A DNA stretch of 64,000 bases from the NCBI GenBank assembly GCA_035654355.1, contig DASRXC010000132.1, forward strand, positions 79-64,078. Direction: 5' to 3'. Of this stretch, positions 9,615 to 18,749 are shown piece after piece. Numbering within the stretch: the stretch's first letter is position 1; every line of letters starts with the position of its first letter. This DNA comes from Candidatus Binatus sp. Its GTDB lineage: Bacteria > Vulcanimicrobiota > Vulcanimicrobiia > Eremiobacterales > Eremiobacteraceae. The notes under the pieces are model-generated. The model had not been told where the DNA came from and searched no databases. It worked only from the letters and a program-made list of their open reading frames with translations. The position numbers and the translations under genes were made by a program.

Positions 9615-10367
9615 TTATTTCCCCGAGAGATGTACGAGCAGGGATTGCGGCAGATAGAGCTTGCCGGAGAGCAGCGCCGGCGCGATCGAGAGCAGGCCGT
9701 CTTTGCCGTTGAGCGTGTACGCGCGCGAGCCCAGCGCGCAATGCAGATCGAAGCCGCGGAACTTGATAGTGATCTGGTTGCCGCTCACCGCGACATCTTG
9801 ATCCGGTATATAAGAAGAGACAGGTTCAAGGATGTCGTTCCCCGGGCCGCCCTGCTCACCAGCGGTGATGGAGATCGTGGTCGTCGTGTCCGGAAAAACC
9901 TCGACATCGCGCGTCGAGCGCTCGTTGGGTTTGCCGATGACGGTGACGATATGATACCCGGCCGCAAGTTTCGGCGCGACGGCGGGGATCACGCCGATCT
10001 TCTTCCCGTCAACGAGCACGGTTGCGCCCGCCGGCGAACCGCGTACGTCGAGCTCGCCGACATCGTGCGATGCGTTCGCCGCACTCGTACGAGCCAGCGT
10101 CAAACTCACTTGCGTGGTTTGGCCGATGCCGACATCGATCGTCGCGCGCTGCGCTTCCCAGCCGGTGCGCGTGACGACGATCGTGTGCTTGCCCGCGGCG
10201 AGCAGATCGACGAATGCCGGCGTGCGTCCGACGTACGCGCCATCGACCCAGATGTCGGCACCGAGCGGCAACGTCGTGATAAATGCGCCGCCATGCGGCG
10301 GCAACTGCGTCGTCGTCGGCGATGCGGCCAACGCCGCGGCGATTAGCGCGATAGTAAAGCCGTGCAT
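9615..10367 (-). CDS. secreted PEGA-domain protein with a C-terminal stalk-like half-repeat
   Basis: Signal-like N-terminus. Two PEGA-type modules ([18 protein letters not shown]... and [18 protein letters not shown]...). The C-terminal [49 protein letters not shown] resembles the copper amine oxidase N-terminal repeat. Confidence 0.75.
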   Translation of the reverse strand: MHGFTIALIAAALAASPTTTQLPPHGGAFITTLPLGADIWVDGAYVGRTPAFVDLLAAGKHTIVVTRTGWEAQRATIDVGIGQTTQVSLTLARTSAANASHDVGELDVRGSPAGATVLVDGKKIGVIPAVAPKLAAGYHIVTVIGKPNERSTRDVEVFPDTTTTISITAGEQGGPGNDILEPVSSYIPDQDVAVSGNQITIKFRGFDLHCALGSRAYTLNGKDGLLSIAPALLSGKLYLPQSLLVHLSGK

Positions 10368-10425
10368 CGGGTCTCGTCCATCACTGCCCGGGAGATGCGA
10401 CTTTCGCGTCGAAGGCCCCTACGCC

Positions 10426-11808
10426 GTGTCTTCCGCGCCAATCGTCGCTCTCGTCGGGCGTCCGAATGTGGGCAAATCCTCGCTTTTCAATCGGCTTGCC
10501 GGCACCCGGCAGGCGATCGTCCACGAAACGCCCGGCGTGACGCGCGACCGCTTGTATGCTCCCATCGAATGGGCCGGACGTACGATGACGCTCGTCGACA
10601 CGGGCGGCATCGACACCGGCACGCGCGACGACGTCGCCGCGCAGACCCGCGCGCAGGCGGAGCTGGCGATCAATGAGGCCGACGTCGTGGTCTTCGTCGT
10701 CGACGCACAGACGGGCATCATGCCGGGCGATACCGACGTCGCGGACCTTCTGCGCCCGCGCCGCGACAAAGTGCTGCTTGTCGCGAACAAGGTCGAATCG
10801 CCCACCACGGCGGCCTCCATCTATGAGTTCTACTCGCTCGGGTTTGACGTGCCGCTCGCCGTCTCGGCGATCCACGGATTGCAGAGCGGCGACGTGCTCG
10901 ACGCGATCGTCGCCAAGCTTCCGGCCGAGGCGCCCGATGCGAGCGACGCCGATGAAAATACGATTCACCTCGCGATCGTCGGCCAGCCTAACGTCGGCAA
11001 GTCTTCTCTTGTGAACGCGCTGCTTGGCAAGCAGCGCGCAATCGTCTCGCCTGAGCCCGGCACCACTCGCGACGCCACCGACACGGCGATCGAGTCCGGC
11101 GGTCGCGAGTACATCGTCATCGACACGGCCGGGTTGCGTAAAAGCGTCAAGACTGGGCCGACGATCGACTATTACTCGGGTTTGCGCGCGGTCGCGGCGA
11201 TCGGGCGAGCCGACGTCGCGCTGCTCGTCATCGACGCGACCGTCGGTGCGACGTCGCAAGACCGGCGCATCGCCGGACTCGCGGTCGAAGAGGGCAAGGC
11301 GCTCGTGTTGTTGGTCAATAAGTGGGACCTGGTCGACACCGCCGCGATCGATCGCAAAGACACCGACGCCGCGCTGCGCGAAGAGTTCGCGTTCGCACCA
11401 TACGCGCCGATCCTGTACGCGTCTGCACTCACTAAGAAGAACGTGCACAAGATATGGGCTGCGGTCGCGGCCGCGTTTGACGAGCGGCGCAAACGCGTGC
11501 CGACCGCCAAGCTCAATCAAGTCGTGCGCGACGTCTTTCGCGTGCATCCGCCGCCCTCGTTTCGAGGCCGCGTCTTAACGTGCTACTACGTCACGCAAGC
11601 AGGCATCGCTCCGCCCGAGTTCGTCTTCTTCGTCAACGATCCGCAACTCGTCCACTTCTCGTATGCGCGTCATCTAGAGAACTCGCTTCGCGAGGCGTTC
11701 GGCTTTACCGGCACGCCGATCAAGCTGACGTTCCGTGCGCGCGTTCGCCAAGACACCAAGAAGGCTGACGAGATCATCGTCGCGGCGGCGAACGAGAACG
11801 GCGCATGA
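10426..11808 (+). CDS. der: ribosome-associated GTPase Der/EngA
   Basis: Two tandem GTPase domains (GRPNVGKSS...DTGG and GQPNVGKSS...DTAG, NKWD) plus a KH-like C-terminus. Start set at GTG 10426, just before [14 protein letters not shown]. The ORF-track start at 10114 would overlap the divergent PEGA gene. Exact start is uncertain. Confidence 0.9.
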   Translation: MSSAPIVALVGRPNVGKSSLFNRLAGTRQAIVHETPGVTRDRLYAPIEWAGRTMTLVDTGGIDTGTRDDVAAQTRAQAELAINEADVVVFVVDAQTGIMPGDTDVADLLRPRRDKVLLVANKVESPTTAASIYEFYSLGFDVPLAVSAIHGLQSGDVLDAIVAKLPAEAPDASDADENTIHLAIVGQPNVGKSSLVNALLGKQRAIVSPEPGTTRDATDTAIESGGREYIVIDTAGLRKSVKTGPTIDYYSGLRAVAAIGRADVALLVIDATVGATSQDRRIAGLAVEEGKALVLLVNKWDLVDTAAIDRKDTDAALREEFAFAPYAPILYASALTKKNVHKIWAAVAAAFDERRKRVPTAKLNQVVRDVFRVHPPPSFRGRVLTCYYVTQAGIAPPEFVFFVNDPQLVHFSYARHLENSLREAFGFTGTPIKLTFRARVRQDTKKADEIIVAAANENGA

Positions 11809-12419
11809 CGATCGCCGATGCGCTCCTGATCGTCGCCGCGTACTTCATCGGCTCGATCCCATTCGGCGTGATCGTCGGGCGTGCGCTCTTCGGCGTCGAT
11901 CCTCGCAATGTCGGAAGCGGCAACATCGGCGCCGCGAACGCTCTGCGCGCGATGGGGATGTGGGGTGCGATCCTGACGCTGCTGGGAGACATCATCAAAG
12001 GCAGCGTTCCGACCGCGCTCGCAGTCTACGTGTTGCACTCGGCGCCGTTGGCGGTCGCGTTGGTCGGACTTGCGACAATCATCGGACACAATTGGTCGAT
12101 CTTCTTGCACTTCGAAGGCGGGAAAGGCGTCGCCACCGGATTAGGCGTACTGGTGGTGCTGTCGTTTTGGGCCGCGCTCGCGTGGGCGGTCGTGTTCTTA
12201 GCGACCGCGCTCATCAGCCGCTTCGCATCGCTCTCGTCGATGCTGGCGACGGCCTCGGCACCCATCACGCTCTTCTTCCTTCGAGCGCCGTGGCCGTATG
12301 TCGCGTACGGCGTGATCACGCTCTTGATGGTGTTGTGGCGGCACCAAGCCAATATTGGACGGCTGATGGCGGGCACTGAACCGCGCATCGGACAAAAGGC
12401 GAGCCAAGGAGCTTCATGA
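11805..12419 (+). CDS. plsY: glycerol-3-phosphate acyltransferase PlsY
   Basis: [16 protein letters not shown] and [12 protein letters not shown] motifs in a multi-TM protein of 204 aa. ATGA overlap with the der stop. Confidence 0.9.
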   Translation: MTIADALLIVAAYFIGSIPFGVIVGRALFGVDPRNVGSGNIGAANALRAMGMWGAILTLLGDIIKGSVPTALAVYVLHSAPLAVALVGLATIIGHNWSIFLHFEGGKGVATGLGVLVVLSFWAALAWAVVFLATALISRFASLSSMLATASAPITLFFLRAPWPYVAYGVITLLMVLWRHQANIGRLMAGTEPRIGQKASQGAS

Positions 12420-12973
12420 TCTCGACCAACGATTTCCGCACGGGCGTCTCCGTGATCGTCGACGGCCAGATCTGGACGGTTGTCGACTTCCAGCACGTCA
12501 AGCCCGGTAAGGGTTCCGCGTTCGTGCGCGCTCGTCTGAAGAATCTCATTCGAGGCAATGTTTTGGAGAAGACGTTCCGCGCCGGTGAGATGCTGCAGCG
12601 CGCGATCATCGACACGCGCGAGATGCAGTATCTCTACAACAGCGGCGATGAGTACTATTTCATGGACCAATCGAATTTCGAGCAGATCCATCTCGGACAC
12701 GACAATCTCGGCGACAACACCGACCTCCTCAAGGAGGGCATGTCGATCGAAGTCCAGTTCCACGACGGCAAAGTCATCACAGCGTCGCTGCCCAACCACA
12801 TCGAGCTCAAGGTAGAGCAGACGGATCCAGGATTCCGCGGCGACACGGCGACGAACCTCACCAAGCCCGCGACGCTCGAGACCGGCGCGGTTGTTCAGGT
12901 GCCGATCTTCATCAATCCGGGCGACACGATCCGCATCGATACGCGCGACCGCAAATACATCAGCCGTGTCTAG
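12416..12973 (+). CDS. efp: translation elongation factor P
   Basis: [44 protein letters not shown]..., 185 aa, typical EF-P throughout. Confidence 0.95.
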   Translation: MISTNDFRTGVSVIVDGQIWTVVDFQHVKPGKGSAFVRARLKNLIRGNVLEKTFRAGEMLQRAIIDTREMQYLYNSGDEYYFMDQSNFEQIHLGHDNLGDNTDLLKEGMSIEVQFHDGKVITASLPNHIELKVEQTDPGFRGDTATNLTKPATLETGAVVQVPIFINPGDTIRIDTRDRKYISRV

Positions 12974-12976
12974 CCG

Positions 12977-13549
12977 GTGAACTGGGAGGCTGTCACCGCG
13001 ATCAGCACCGCCTTCACCGGGCTGGTCATCCTATTGACGGCGCTCTTTGCGGCGCGCCAGGTTCAGGCGCTCAACAACCAGTCCAAGGCGATGAGCGCGC
13101 AGATCGGCCATCTGCGGCGCGCGACCCAACTGACCGGCACGCTCTCGATATTCGATGAGATCATGACGCCGGAGATCGTGGATGCATGGCGGTTCGTCAT
13201 GACCCAATTTCCGGACAAGATGAAAGACGAACGCTTCCACGCGGAAGCGCTCGAGCGCACTCCTGACTTCACCGTGCACAAAGAGGTATACATCCTGCGC
13301 CACTTCGAGCGCATCGGCACGCTCGTCAGGAATGGACTTGTCGACTCTGACGTGCTGCTCGACTTCGTAAACCTATTCATCCGCGAGAACTGGGAGAAGC
13401 TGCAGCCGTTAGTGCTCGAGCAGCGTAAGCGTTACGGAGCTACCCTCTGGGAGAACTTCGAGTACCTCGCGTCTGCGGCGACCGCGGCTGATGCTGGGAC
13501 CCGTCAGACAGGCGTCAGCTCTGTGCGGCGCGATCGAGGATCACCCTAA
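12977..13549 (+). CDS. hypothetical membrane-anchored protein (layout reminiscent of DUF4760-type proteins, unverified)
   Basis: GTG start 3 nt after the efp stop. One N-terminal TM helix (AVTAISTAFTGLVILLTALFAA), then an approximately 150-aa helical soluble part. Locally lower GC than the neighbours. No motif recognised with certainty. Confidence 0.6.
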   Translation: MNWEAVTAISTAFTGLVILLTALFAARQVQALNNQSKAMSAQIGHLRRATQLTGTLSIFDEIMTPEIVDAWRFVMTQFPDKMKDERFHAEALERTPDFTVHKEVYILRHFERIGTLVRNGLVDSDVLLDFVNLFIRENWEKLQPLVLEQRKRYGATLWENFEYLASAATAADAGTRQTGVSSVRRDRGSP

Positions 13550-13561
13550 AGGTTTGCTCGG

Positions 13562-14245
13562 TTGCCGAAATTCGACCTTGAGAAAACCCAGACCCTAAGC
13601 GCGCTCTTCGAGACGCCGCGCGCTCAGCGCGACGACGAGTGGCGAAAACGCTTCTATGCGGCAATTGTCGATGCGAGCATGCGCGCATTCGACCCTCAGG
13701 TGTTTCAGGGACCGGATGGCTTCTCGTATTTTGGACTCGGACTGCCGCAAGCCGGCGCGTTCACGCCATTCTGCGTGTCGCACATCCTCGAGTACGTGTT
13801 GGATAACGGAGTCGGCATCGCGGTCTTCGCATCTTCAGGTCCGCCCAGCGATCCCGAGTGGGTCTTCTCCTTCGGCGACCTTCTTTCGCTTTCGCTGTAT
13901 GGCGGCTTCGAGGGTGACCCCGCCGAATGCGCGCACCAACACGAACGCGACGGGCGTTCAGTCGAGCGGGTCGAGGAGGCACGCAAGATTCTTGTCGCCT
14001 CCCCAAGTGAAAGCTTTTATCCCCAGCGCGCAGTGAACGCGCTAAAGCGTTTCATGCACGAGCGGCTTCGTATCCCAAACCCGGACGTGAAGTTGATCGT
14101 CGACCCAGCGTCGTGCCCTGCGCAGTCGATCGCTATCAATCTTCGTCCAGCCGATTACGGAGGTGACACAAAGCGGCTGGGTGCAGCGATGAATTACGTG
14201 CGCTGGTTCTTGCCGCGGACGCACGGCCTCGTAAGCTTGCCCTAG
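13562..14245 (+). CDS. hypothetical protein
   Basis: 227-aa ORF with a TTG start, AAAGG 9 nt upstream. Coding-like composition, no recognised motif (GPDGFSYFGLGLP..., EWVFSFGDLLSLSLYGG). Confidence 0.55.
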   Translation: MPKFDLEKTQTLSALFETPRAQRDDEWRKRFYAAIVDASMRAFDPQVFQGPDGFSYFGLGLPQAGAFTPFCVSHILEYVLDNGVGIAVFASSGPPSDPEWVFSFGDLLSLSLYGGFEGDPAECAHQHERDGRSVERVEEARKILVASPSESFYPQRAVNALKRFMHERLRIPNPDVKLIVDPASCPAQSIAINLRPADYGGDTKRLGAAMNYVRWFLPRTHGLVSLP

Positions 14246-14610
14246 CCTCGGACGACCGCTTCTCGCAAGGCGAGCCAGCGCGCTGACAACGCTGCTTTTT
14301 CTTGACGCGATCTACGTTTGAGCTCGCGCTCGAAACGCAGCGCGTCGCCTTTCCTTGCAAATCGTTTCGTAAACGCTAACCGGACGGGGAGACGGCCGCG
14401 CAGCGCCTTCGCGCCCCTACGTTTGTTGTGCGCCGCGACGCGTGCTTGCGGATCGAGCGCATAGCCGCAATAGTACGAACCGTCGCGTGCGCGCGCGAGA
14501 TACACGTAGTGCCACCTGCGCCTTAGCGCGCGCAGGACGCGACTCCCCGAGCCTGCAACGGTCGCACGATGCACACGCTCGCGCTTTTCGCGCGCTTCTA
14601 GCGTTCTCAT
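14242..14610 (-). CDS. GIY-YIG nuclease family protein (small, UPF0213/YhbQ-like)
   Basis: WHYVYLARARDGSYYCGYALDPQARVAAHNKRRGAKALRGRLPVRLAFTKRFARKGDALRFERELK fits the GIY..YIG..R..E pattern. ORF 14242..14751 trimmed to ATG 14610; GTG 14574 is an alternative. The upstream part would overlap the TSUP gene. Confidence 0.72.
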   Translation of the reverse strand: MRTLEAREKRERVHRATVAGSGSRVLRALRRRWHYVYLARARDGSYYCGYALDPQARVAAHNKRRGAKALRGRLPVRLAFTKRFARKGDALRFERELKRRSRQEKAALSARWLALREAVVRG

Positions 14611-15481
14611 GCCGTGGTTCGAGGCGCTCGGCTTCATCGTGTTCGGGTTCGCTGTCGGCACGTACGGCAGCATGATCGGAGCCGGCGGCGGATTTTTGAT
14701 TGTGCCGCTGTTGCTCTTCCTCGGCAACACCGGACGCATCGCCGCCGGCACATCACTCGCGGTCGTCTTGCTGAACGCGTCTTCGTCGACCGTGTCCTAC
14801 CTGCGTCAACGGCGCGTTGATATCAAGAGCGCGCTGATCTTCTCACTTGCCGGCATCCCGGGTTCGCTGTTGGGCGCATACACCGTCCAGCATGTGCCGC
14901 ATCGCGTGTTCACGATATTGTTCGGCATCATCTTGGTCTTAGTGGCAGTCCGCGCATTTATCACGCGCGATCGCACTGCCGCGGCGGAAGACGCGCCTGC
15001 CGACCTCGACGCACCGGCCGACATTGAGGAACCAACTCCGATCCCTGCGCGGCGCCCAGGACGACCTGCGCGCGATTTCGTCGACGCGATGGGGGTGCGC
15101 CACACGTACGACTTCAATCTGTGGGGCGCGATCGGCGTGTCGGCCGCAAACGGTTTTCTCGCGAGCATGTTCGGGATCGGCGGCGGCGTCATCCAAGTAC
15201 CGGCAATGGTTTATCTCTTCGGTTTTCCGGCCCACATCGCGGTTGCGACGTCACAGCTCGTCATCGTCATCACGGCCGCGTTCGGAACCGCGACGCACGC
15301 GTTCTACGGCGACGTCCTCTGGCTGCAGGCGCTCTTGCTTGGGGTCGGCGCGATTGCCGGCGCGCAGCTAGGCGCTCATCTCGCCTCGCGCATGCAGCCC
15401 GGCCCGCTCATGCGCTGGTTTTCGTTGGCGGTGCTGTTCGCCGCCTTATACTTGATCTACACCTCGATCAACAAGCACTAG
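14609..15481 (+). CDS. TauE/SafE (TSUP) family anion exporter
   Basis: Two internally repeated 4-TM halves, each with the family Gly-rich motif (GAGGGFLIVPLLL and GIGGGVIQVPAMV). Confidence 0.85.
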   Translation: MPWFEALGFIVFGFAVGTYGSMIGAGGGFLIVPLLLFLGNTGRIAAGTSLAVVLLNASSSTVSYLRQRRVDIKSALIFSLAGIPGSLLGAYTVQHVPHRVFTILFGIILVLVAVRAFITRDRTAAAEDAPADLDAPADIEEPTPIPARRPGRPARDFVDAMGVRHTYDFNLWGAIGVSAANGFLASMFGIGGGVIQVPAMVYLFGFPAHIAVATSQLVIVITAAFGTATHAFYGDVLWLQALLLGVGAIAGAQLGAHLASRMQPGPLMRWFSLAVLFAALYLIYTSINKH

Positions 15482-16044
15482 CCGGCGCCCGACCAGCGCT
15501 TGAACAGATCCGTGCGCACGCCAAGCGCATCGAGCGCTTTGCCGACCGCATGATTGACGATGTCATCCACCGTCTTGGGTTTGTGATAGAAACCCGCGAT
15601 CGGCGGCACGATGATGGCGCCGAGGTCAGCCAGCCGCGTCAATATACGTAGGTGCCCTGCGTGCAGAGGTGTCTCTCGCACCGACAGCACCAGCCGCCGG
15701 CGCTCTTTCAGACAGACGTCGGCTGCGCGGACGAGCAATGTGTCGTTCATCGAGTAGGCGATCGCTGCAGCGCTCTTCATCGAACACGGGATCACGAGCA
15801 TCCCGTCAGTTCGAAACGAACCGCTTGAGATAGCGGCCGCCAGATCGCGCTCGTCGTGCACGACGTTCGCCAAGCGTTCAACGTCCTGAGCTTTTAGATC
15901 GGTTTCCAGCGTGAGGGTGCGCTTTGCTTGCTCCGTCATGACGAGATGGGTCGTGACGTCCGGGATCGTCCGCAACGCTTCGAGCGCACGCACGCCGAGA
16001 ATGCTGCCGCTCGCTCCGGTCATCCCGATGATGTACACGGCCAT
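15478..16044 (-). CDS. ubiX: flavin prenyltransferase UbiX
   Basis: MAVYIIGMTGASGSILGVRALE..., PCSMKSAAAIAYS; 188 aa flavoprotein fold typical of UbiX/Pad1. Confidence 0.9.
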   Translation of the reverse strand: MAVYIIGMTGASGSILGVRALEALRTIPDVTTHLVMTEQAKRTLTLETDLKAQDVERLANVVHDERDLAAAISSGSFRTDGMLVIPCSMKSAAAIAYSMNDTLLVRAADVCLKERRRLVLSVRETPLHAGHLRILTRLADLGAIIVPPIAGFYHKPKTVDDIVNHAVGKALDALGVRTDLFKRWSGAG

Positions 16045-16050
16045 GTTGGA

Positions 16051-16569
16051 TTAGCGCGCGATCTCGCGGACGCTCATCTCGACGCGCGCGTCGAACTGTC
16101 GCGGCGAACAGCGTGCGCACGAGACGCGCGTACCAGGCCGCGCTCGCCGCATGAGCCGCTGGCGGCAGCGCGGGCACTCGAGCACGTAGCGACGACGGCT
16201 GCGTCTGCGCGCGACCGGAAGGTTATGGTAGATGCTGTCCAGGCCCACTTCGCGCATCTTCCTCTTGAACTCGCGGCCGTGCCCGGCCGGCAGACCCGCC
16301 TGATAGAGCCACGCATGCACCATCTCGTGCAGCAGCGTGTCGTAGATATGATCCGGATGGCGCGAGAGCAACGGAGTGGACAGCTCGATCAGCGGCGGCC
16401 GGTAGCAGATGCGTCCTGTGACCGACGTCAGGCGCTCGTTGTATTCGATGCGATGGGCCCGGATCGCGCCGTTGAAATGCTCAAAGTTGAGTCGCGCGAA
16501 GAGCAACTGCAGCTCTGCAGTCGATGGCAGCGATGCGACCTCGACGCGCGCAGTGGATGCGAATGACAC
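16051..16569 (-). CDS. SprT-like zinc metalloprotease domain protein
   Basis: HEMVHAWL (HExxH) inside a SprT-like N-domain, with C-terminal CPRC...CARC zinc-ribbon cysteines. Confidence 0.8.
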   Translation of the reverse strand: MSFASTARVEVASLPSTAELQLLFARLNFEHFNGAIRAHRIEYNERLTSVTGRICYRPPLIELSTPLLSRHPDHIYDTLLHEMVHAWLYQAGLPAGHGREFKRKMREVGLDSIYHNLPVARRRSRRRYVLECPRCRQRLMRRARPGTRVSCARCSPRQFDARVEMSVREIAR

Positions 16570-16591
16570 TTCGGGGTTTTCACCTTCGCGC

Positions 16592-17650
16592 TCATGAGGG
16601 CACGCCCTCTTGCGGCATGAACAGCACTTTTCCAGCGCTCATGTTGTTCGCGTACTGCTCGAGACCACGCGCGACATCCTGGAGTGGGAGCCGCGCTTGA
16701 ATCGGACTGCTCAGGTCGCCCGCGAGCAGCGACTGCACTGTGTTCGCCGTCTGAAGTTGGCGAAGAGGATTACGTTGAGTCATCCAACGGCTCAGCCACA
16801 TGCCGGACACGCGCTTGCCGTCGAAGATCAACTCGCCGCCTGTGACGGGCAACGGCTGCCCGGACAGACCTCCGTATACGATCAGGTGACTGCCTTTCGG
16901 CTGCGCGTGGAGAACGCGTCCGCCGACCGCTCCCGCGACAGCATCGAAGCAGATCGTCGCGCCTAACTCGCGGCAAATCCGGCGCAAGTTGGCATCGAAA
17001 TCAGCCGCGCTGCTGTCAAGCACGTGCTCCGCGCCAGCCTGACGCAACGCGTCGACCTGCTCGGGCCGGCGCACAACGTTTACGAGCGGAATGGACGAAC
17101 GCTTGGCCAGGCGGATGATCATCTTCCCAAGCGCACTCGCCGCCGCGGTCTGCACGATCGCGCGATGTCGGCCGCGTCGAGCTTCATCCATGAGCGCGAT
17201 CGCCATGAGCGGATTGACGAGCATGGCCGCGGCTTGCTCGAGGTCGACGGCTTTACGCAAAGGAACGCAGCGCAGCGCGCGTGTGACGACATACTGCGCC
17301 CATGCACCGCTCTCGACTCCCGCCTCGGCGACTGCGAACGAGACACGCTTGCCGTTCAGCCACTGAGCGAGCATCCCGGCGCCGGCGCCGACCACCGTTC
17401 CGCTCCCTTCGAATCCCGGCACCGTAGGAAGCGGTTTCTTGAACCCATATTCGCCACGAACGAAATGCAGGTCCGACGGATTAATCGGCGACGCATAGAC
17501 GCGGATCAGCACTTCGCCGCGGCCGGGAACCGGCGTCGGCATCTCGACGACGCCGATGCTTTCGGGCTTGCCGTCATAGGCGCGCAGTTGAACAGCGCGC
17601 ATCTGCGTGGGAGTTGCCACAGTGGCTCGCACACTTGTGGGTCGATCCAT
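16592..17650 (-). CDS. zinc-type alcohol dehydrogenase / quinone oxidoreductase (MDR superfamily)
   Basis: GEVLIRVYASPINPSD...PGFEGSGTVV GroES-like domain followed by a Rossmann domain. ATG 17650 is preceded by AAGGAGG at 5-nt spacing. Confidence 0.85.
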   Translation of the reverse strand: MDRPTSVRATVATPTQMRAVQLRAYDGKPESIGVVEMPTPVPGRGEVLIRVYASPINPSDLHFVRGEYGFKKPLPTVPGFEGSGTVVGAGAGMLAQWLNGKRVSFAVAEAGVESGAWAQYVVTRALRCVPLRKAVDLEQAAAMLVNPLMAIALMDEARRGRHRAIVQTAAASALGKMIIRLAKRSSIPLVNVVRRPEQVDALRQAGAEHVLDSSAADFDANLRRICRELGATICFDAVAGAVGGRVLHAQPKGSHLIVYGGLSGQPLPVTGGELIFDGKRVSGMWLSRWMTQRNPLRQLQTANTVQSLLAGDLSSPIQARLPLQDVARGLEQYANNMSAGKVLFMPQEGVPS

Positions 17651-17757
17651 TCACGCCTCCTTTCTTTATGCGACAGCTTTAGCCATAGACATCAACCGAT
17701 ACTTGCCTTCACGCGCGCGACAGGTCCCCAGTACGTGAATTCGAACGTTGGGGGCGC

Positions 17758-18588
17758 ATGAAGTTATATATCTCCGCGGATATGGAAGGCATTGCCGGTA
17801 TCACGTCGGTCGAGCAGACCAACCCGGTGGGCCAGCCTGAGTACGCGCGCTCGTGCGAGTTGATGACCGGCGAGGTCAACGCCGCGTGCGAAGCCGCGCT
17901 CGCGTCCGGCGTCAAAGAGATCCTCGTCAACGATTCGCATTGGAACATGCGCAACATTATCCACGAACAGCTCCCACCGAGCGTTCGACTGATCCGCGGC
18001 AGCCCAAAGCCGTTGTCGATGAATCAAGGCATCGATCCGTCGTTCAAAGCCGCAGCGTACATCGGCTATCACGCCGCGGGCGGTACGAGCGACGCGGTTC
18101 TCGACCACACATATACCGGTGAAACCGTATATGAGGTGCACATCAACGGCCACGCCTGCAGCGAGGCGCGCATCAACGCCGCGGTAGCCGGTGCATTCGG
18201 CGTTCCTGTGATTTTCCTATCAGGCGATCAGTCGGCATGCGCCGACGCGCGCTCGTTCTTGCCATGGGCGGAAACGGTCGAGGTCAAGCGCGCGATCGGC
18301 CGCTACGCGGCGGATTCGCTCTCGCCGGCTGAGGCGCGCAAGGCCATTGCAGCGGGCCTGAAGCGAGCGCTCGCGGAGGCAGACAAACGCGGGGCAAAGC
18401 CGTACGCTTTTGAAAGTCCTGTGACGCTCGACGTACGCTTCACAAGCACGGTCAAGGCCGATATGGCCGCGCTGTTACCCGGCTCCGAGCGCATTGGAGG
18501 GCGTTTTATCCGCTACGCCCACGACGATTTTCTGACCGTTTTTCGGGCGTTTCGTGCGCTGATGACGCTGGGCGGATCGGTCGACTAG
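17758..18588 (+). CDS. D-aminopeptidase DppA family (peptidase M55)
   Basis: MKLYISADMEGIAGITS..., EILVNDSHWNMRN and GYHAAGG are characteristic of the M55 family. Confidence 0.85.
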   Translation: MKLYISADMEGIAGITSVEQTNPVGQPEYARSCELMTGEVNAACEAALASGVKEILVNDSHWNMRNIIHEQLPPSVRLIRGSPKPLSMNQGIDPSFKAAAYIGYHAAGGTSDAVLDHTYTGETVYEVHINGHACSEARINAAVAGAFGVPVIFLSGDQSACADARSFLPWAETVEVKRAIGRYAADSLSPAEARKAIAAGLKRALAEADKRGAKPYAFESPVTLDVRFTSTVKADMAALLPGSERIGGRFIRYAHDDFLTVFRAFRALMTLGGSVD

Positions 18589-18705
18589 CGTTTTCTCGTA
18601 TCACGCTTGTAACAAAACCCAAGGTACCCCGGTCTTGTCAATAGCCGGGTGACGCTCGTGCGGTCCCCCAAGGATAAGGCGCACCCGGCACCATCGAACC
18701 GAAAG

Positions 18706-18735
18706 AGGCGCGGACCACAGTTTGGATCCGCGCCT
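18706..18735. terminator. possible bidirectional hairpin terminator
   Basis: AGGCGCGGA (18706-18714) pairs with TCCGCGCCT (18727-18735), 9 bp perfect. It lies 15 nt beyond the stop of the minus-strand gene ending at 18750. Only a weak U-tract on either side. Confidence 0.4.
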
Positions 18736-18749
18736 ATTCGCTTTTGCCG

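Noticed and set aside
8535-10346. 603-aa plus-strand ORF, the longest non-called ORF in the window
   Set aside because: Entirely antisense to miaB and the PEGA gene, which have clear family motifs. The product is Arg/Asp/Glu-rich with no motifs. This is the typical shadow ORF of a high-GC genome.
10114-10425. N-terminal 104-aa extension of the der ORF
   Set aside because: It would overlap the divergently transcribed PEGA gene by about 250 nt. Der proteins begin a few residues before the first P-loop.
10381-11547. 388-aa minus-strand ORF
   Set aside because: Antisense to der, whose two GTPase domains are unambiguous. Arg/Asp-rich shadow frame.
18589-18749. 161-nt intergenic region inspected for a tRNA or small RNA
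   Set aside because: No cloverleaf or known motif could be built. Only a 9-bp hairpin (called as a possible terminator) and a short CCCGG/CCGGG stem were found. Not enough to call an RNA gene.
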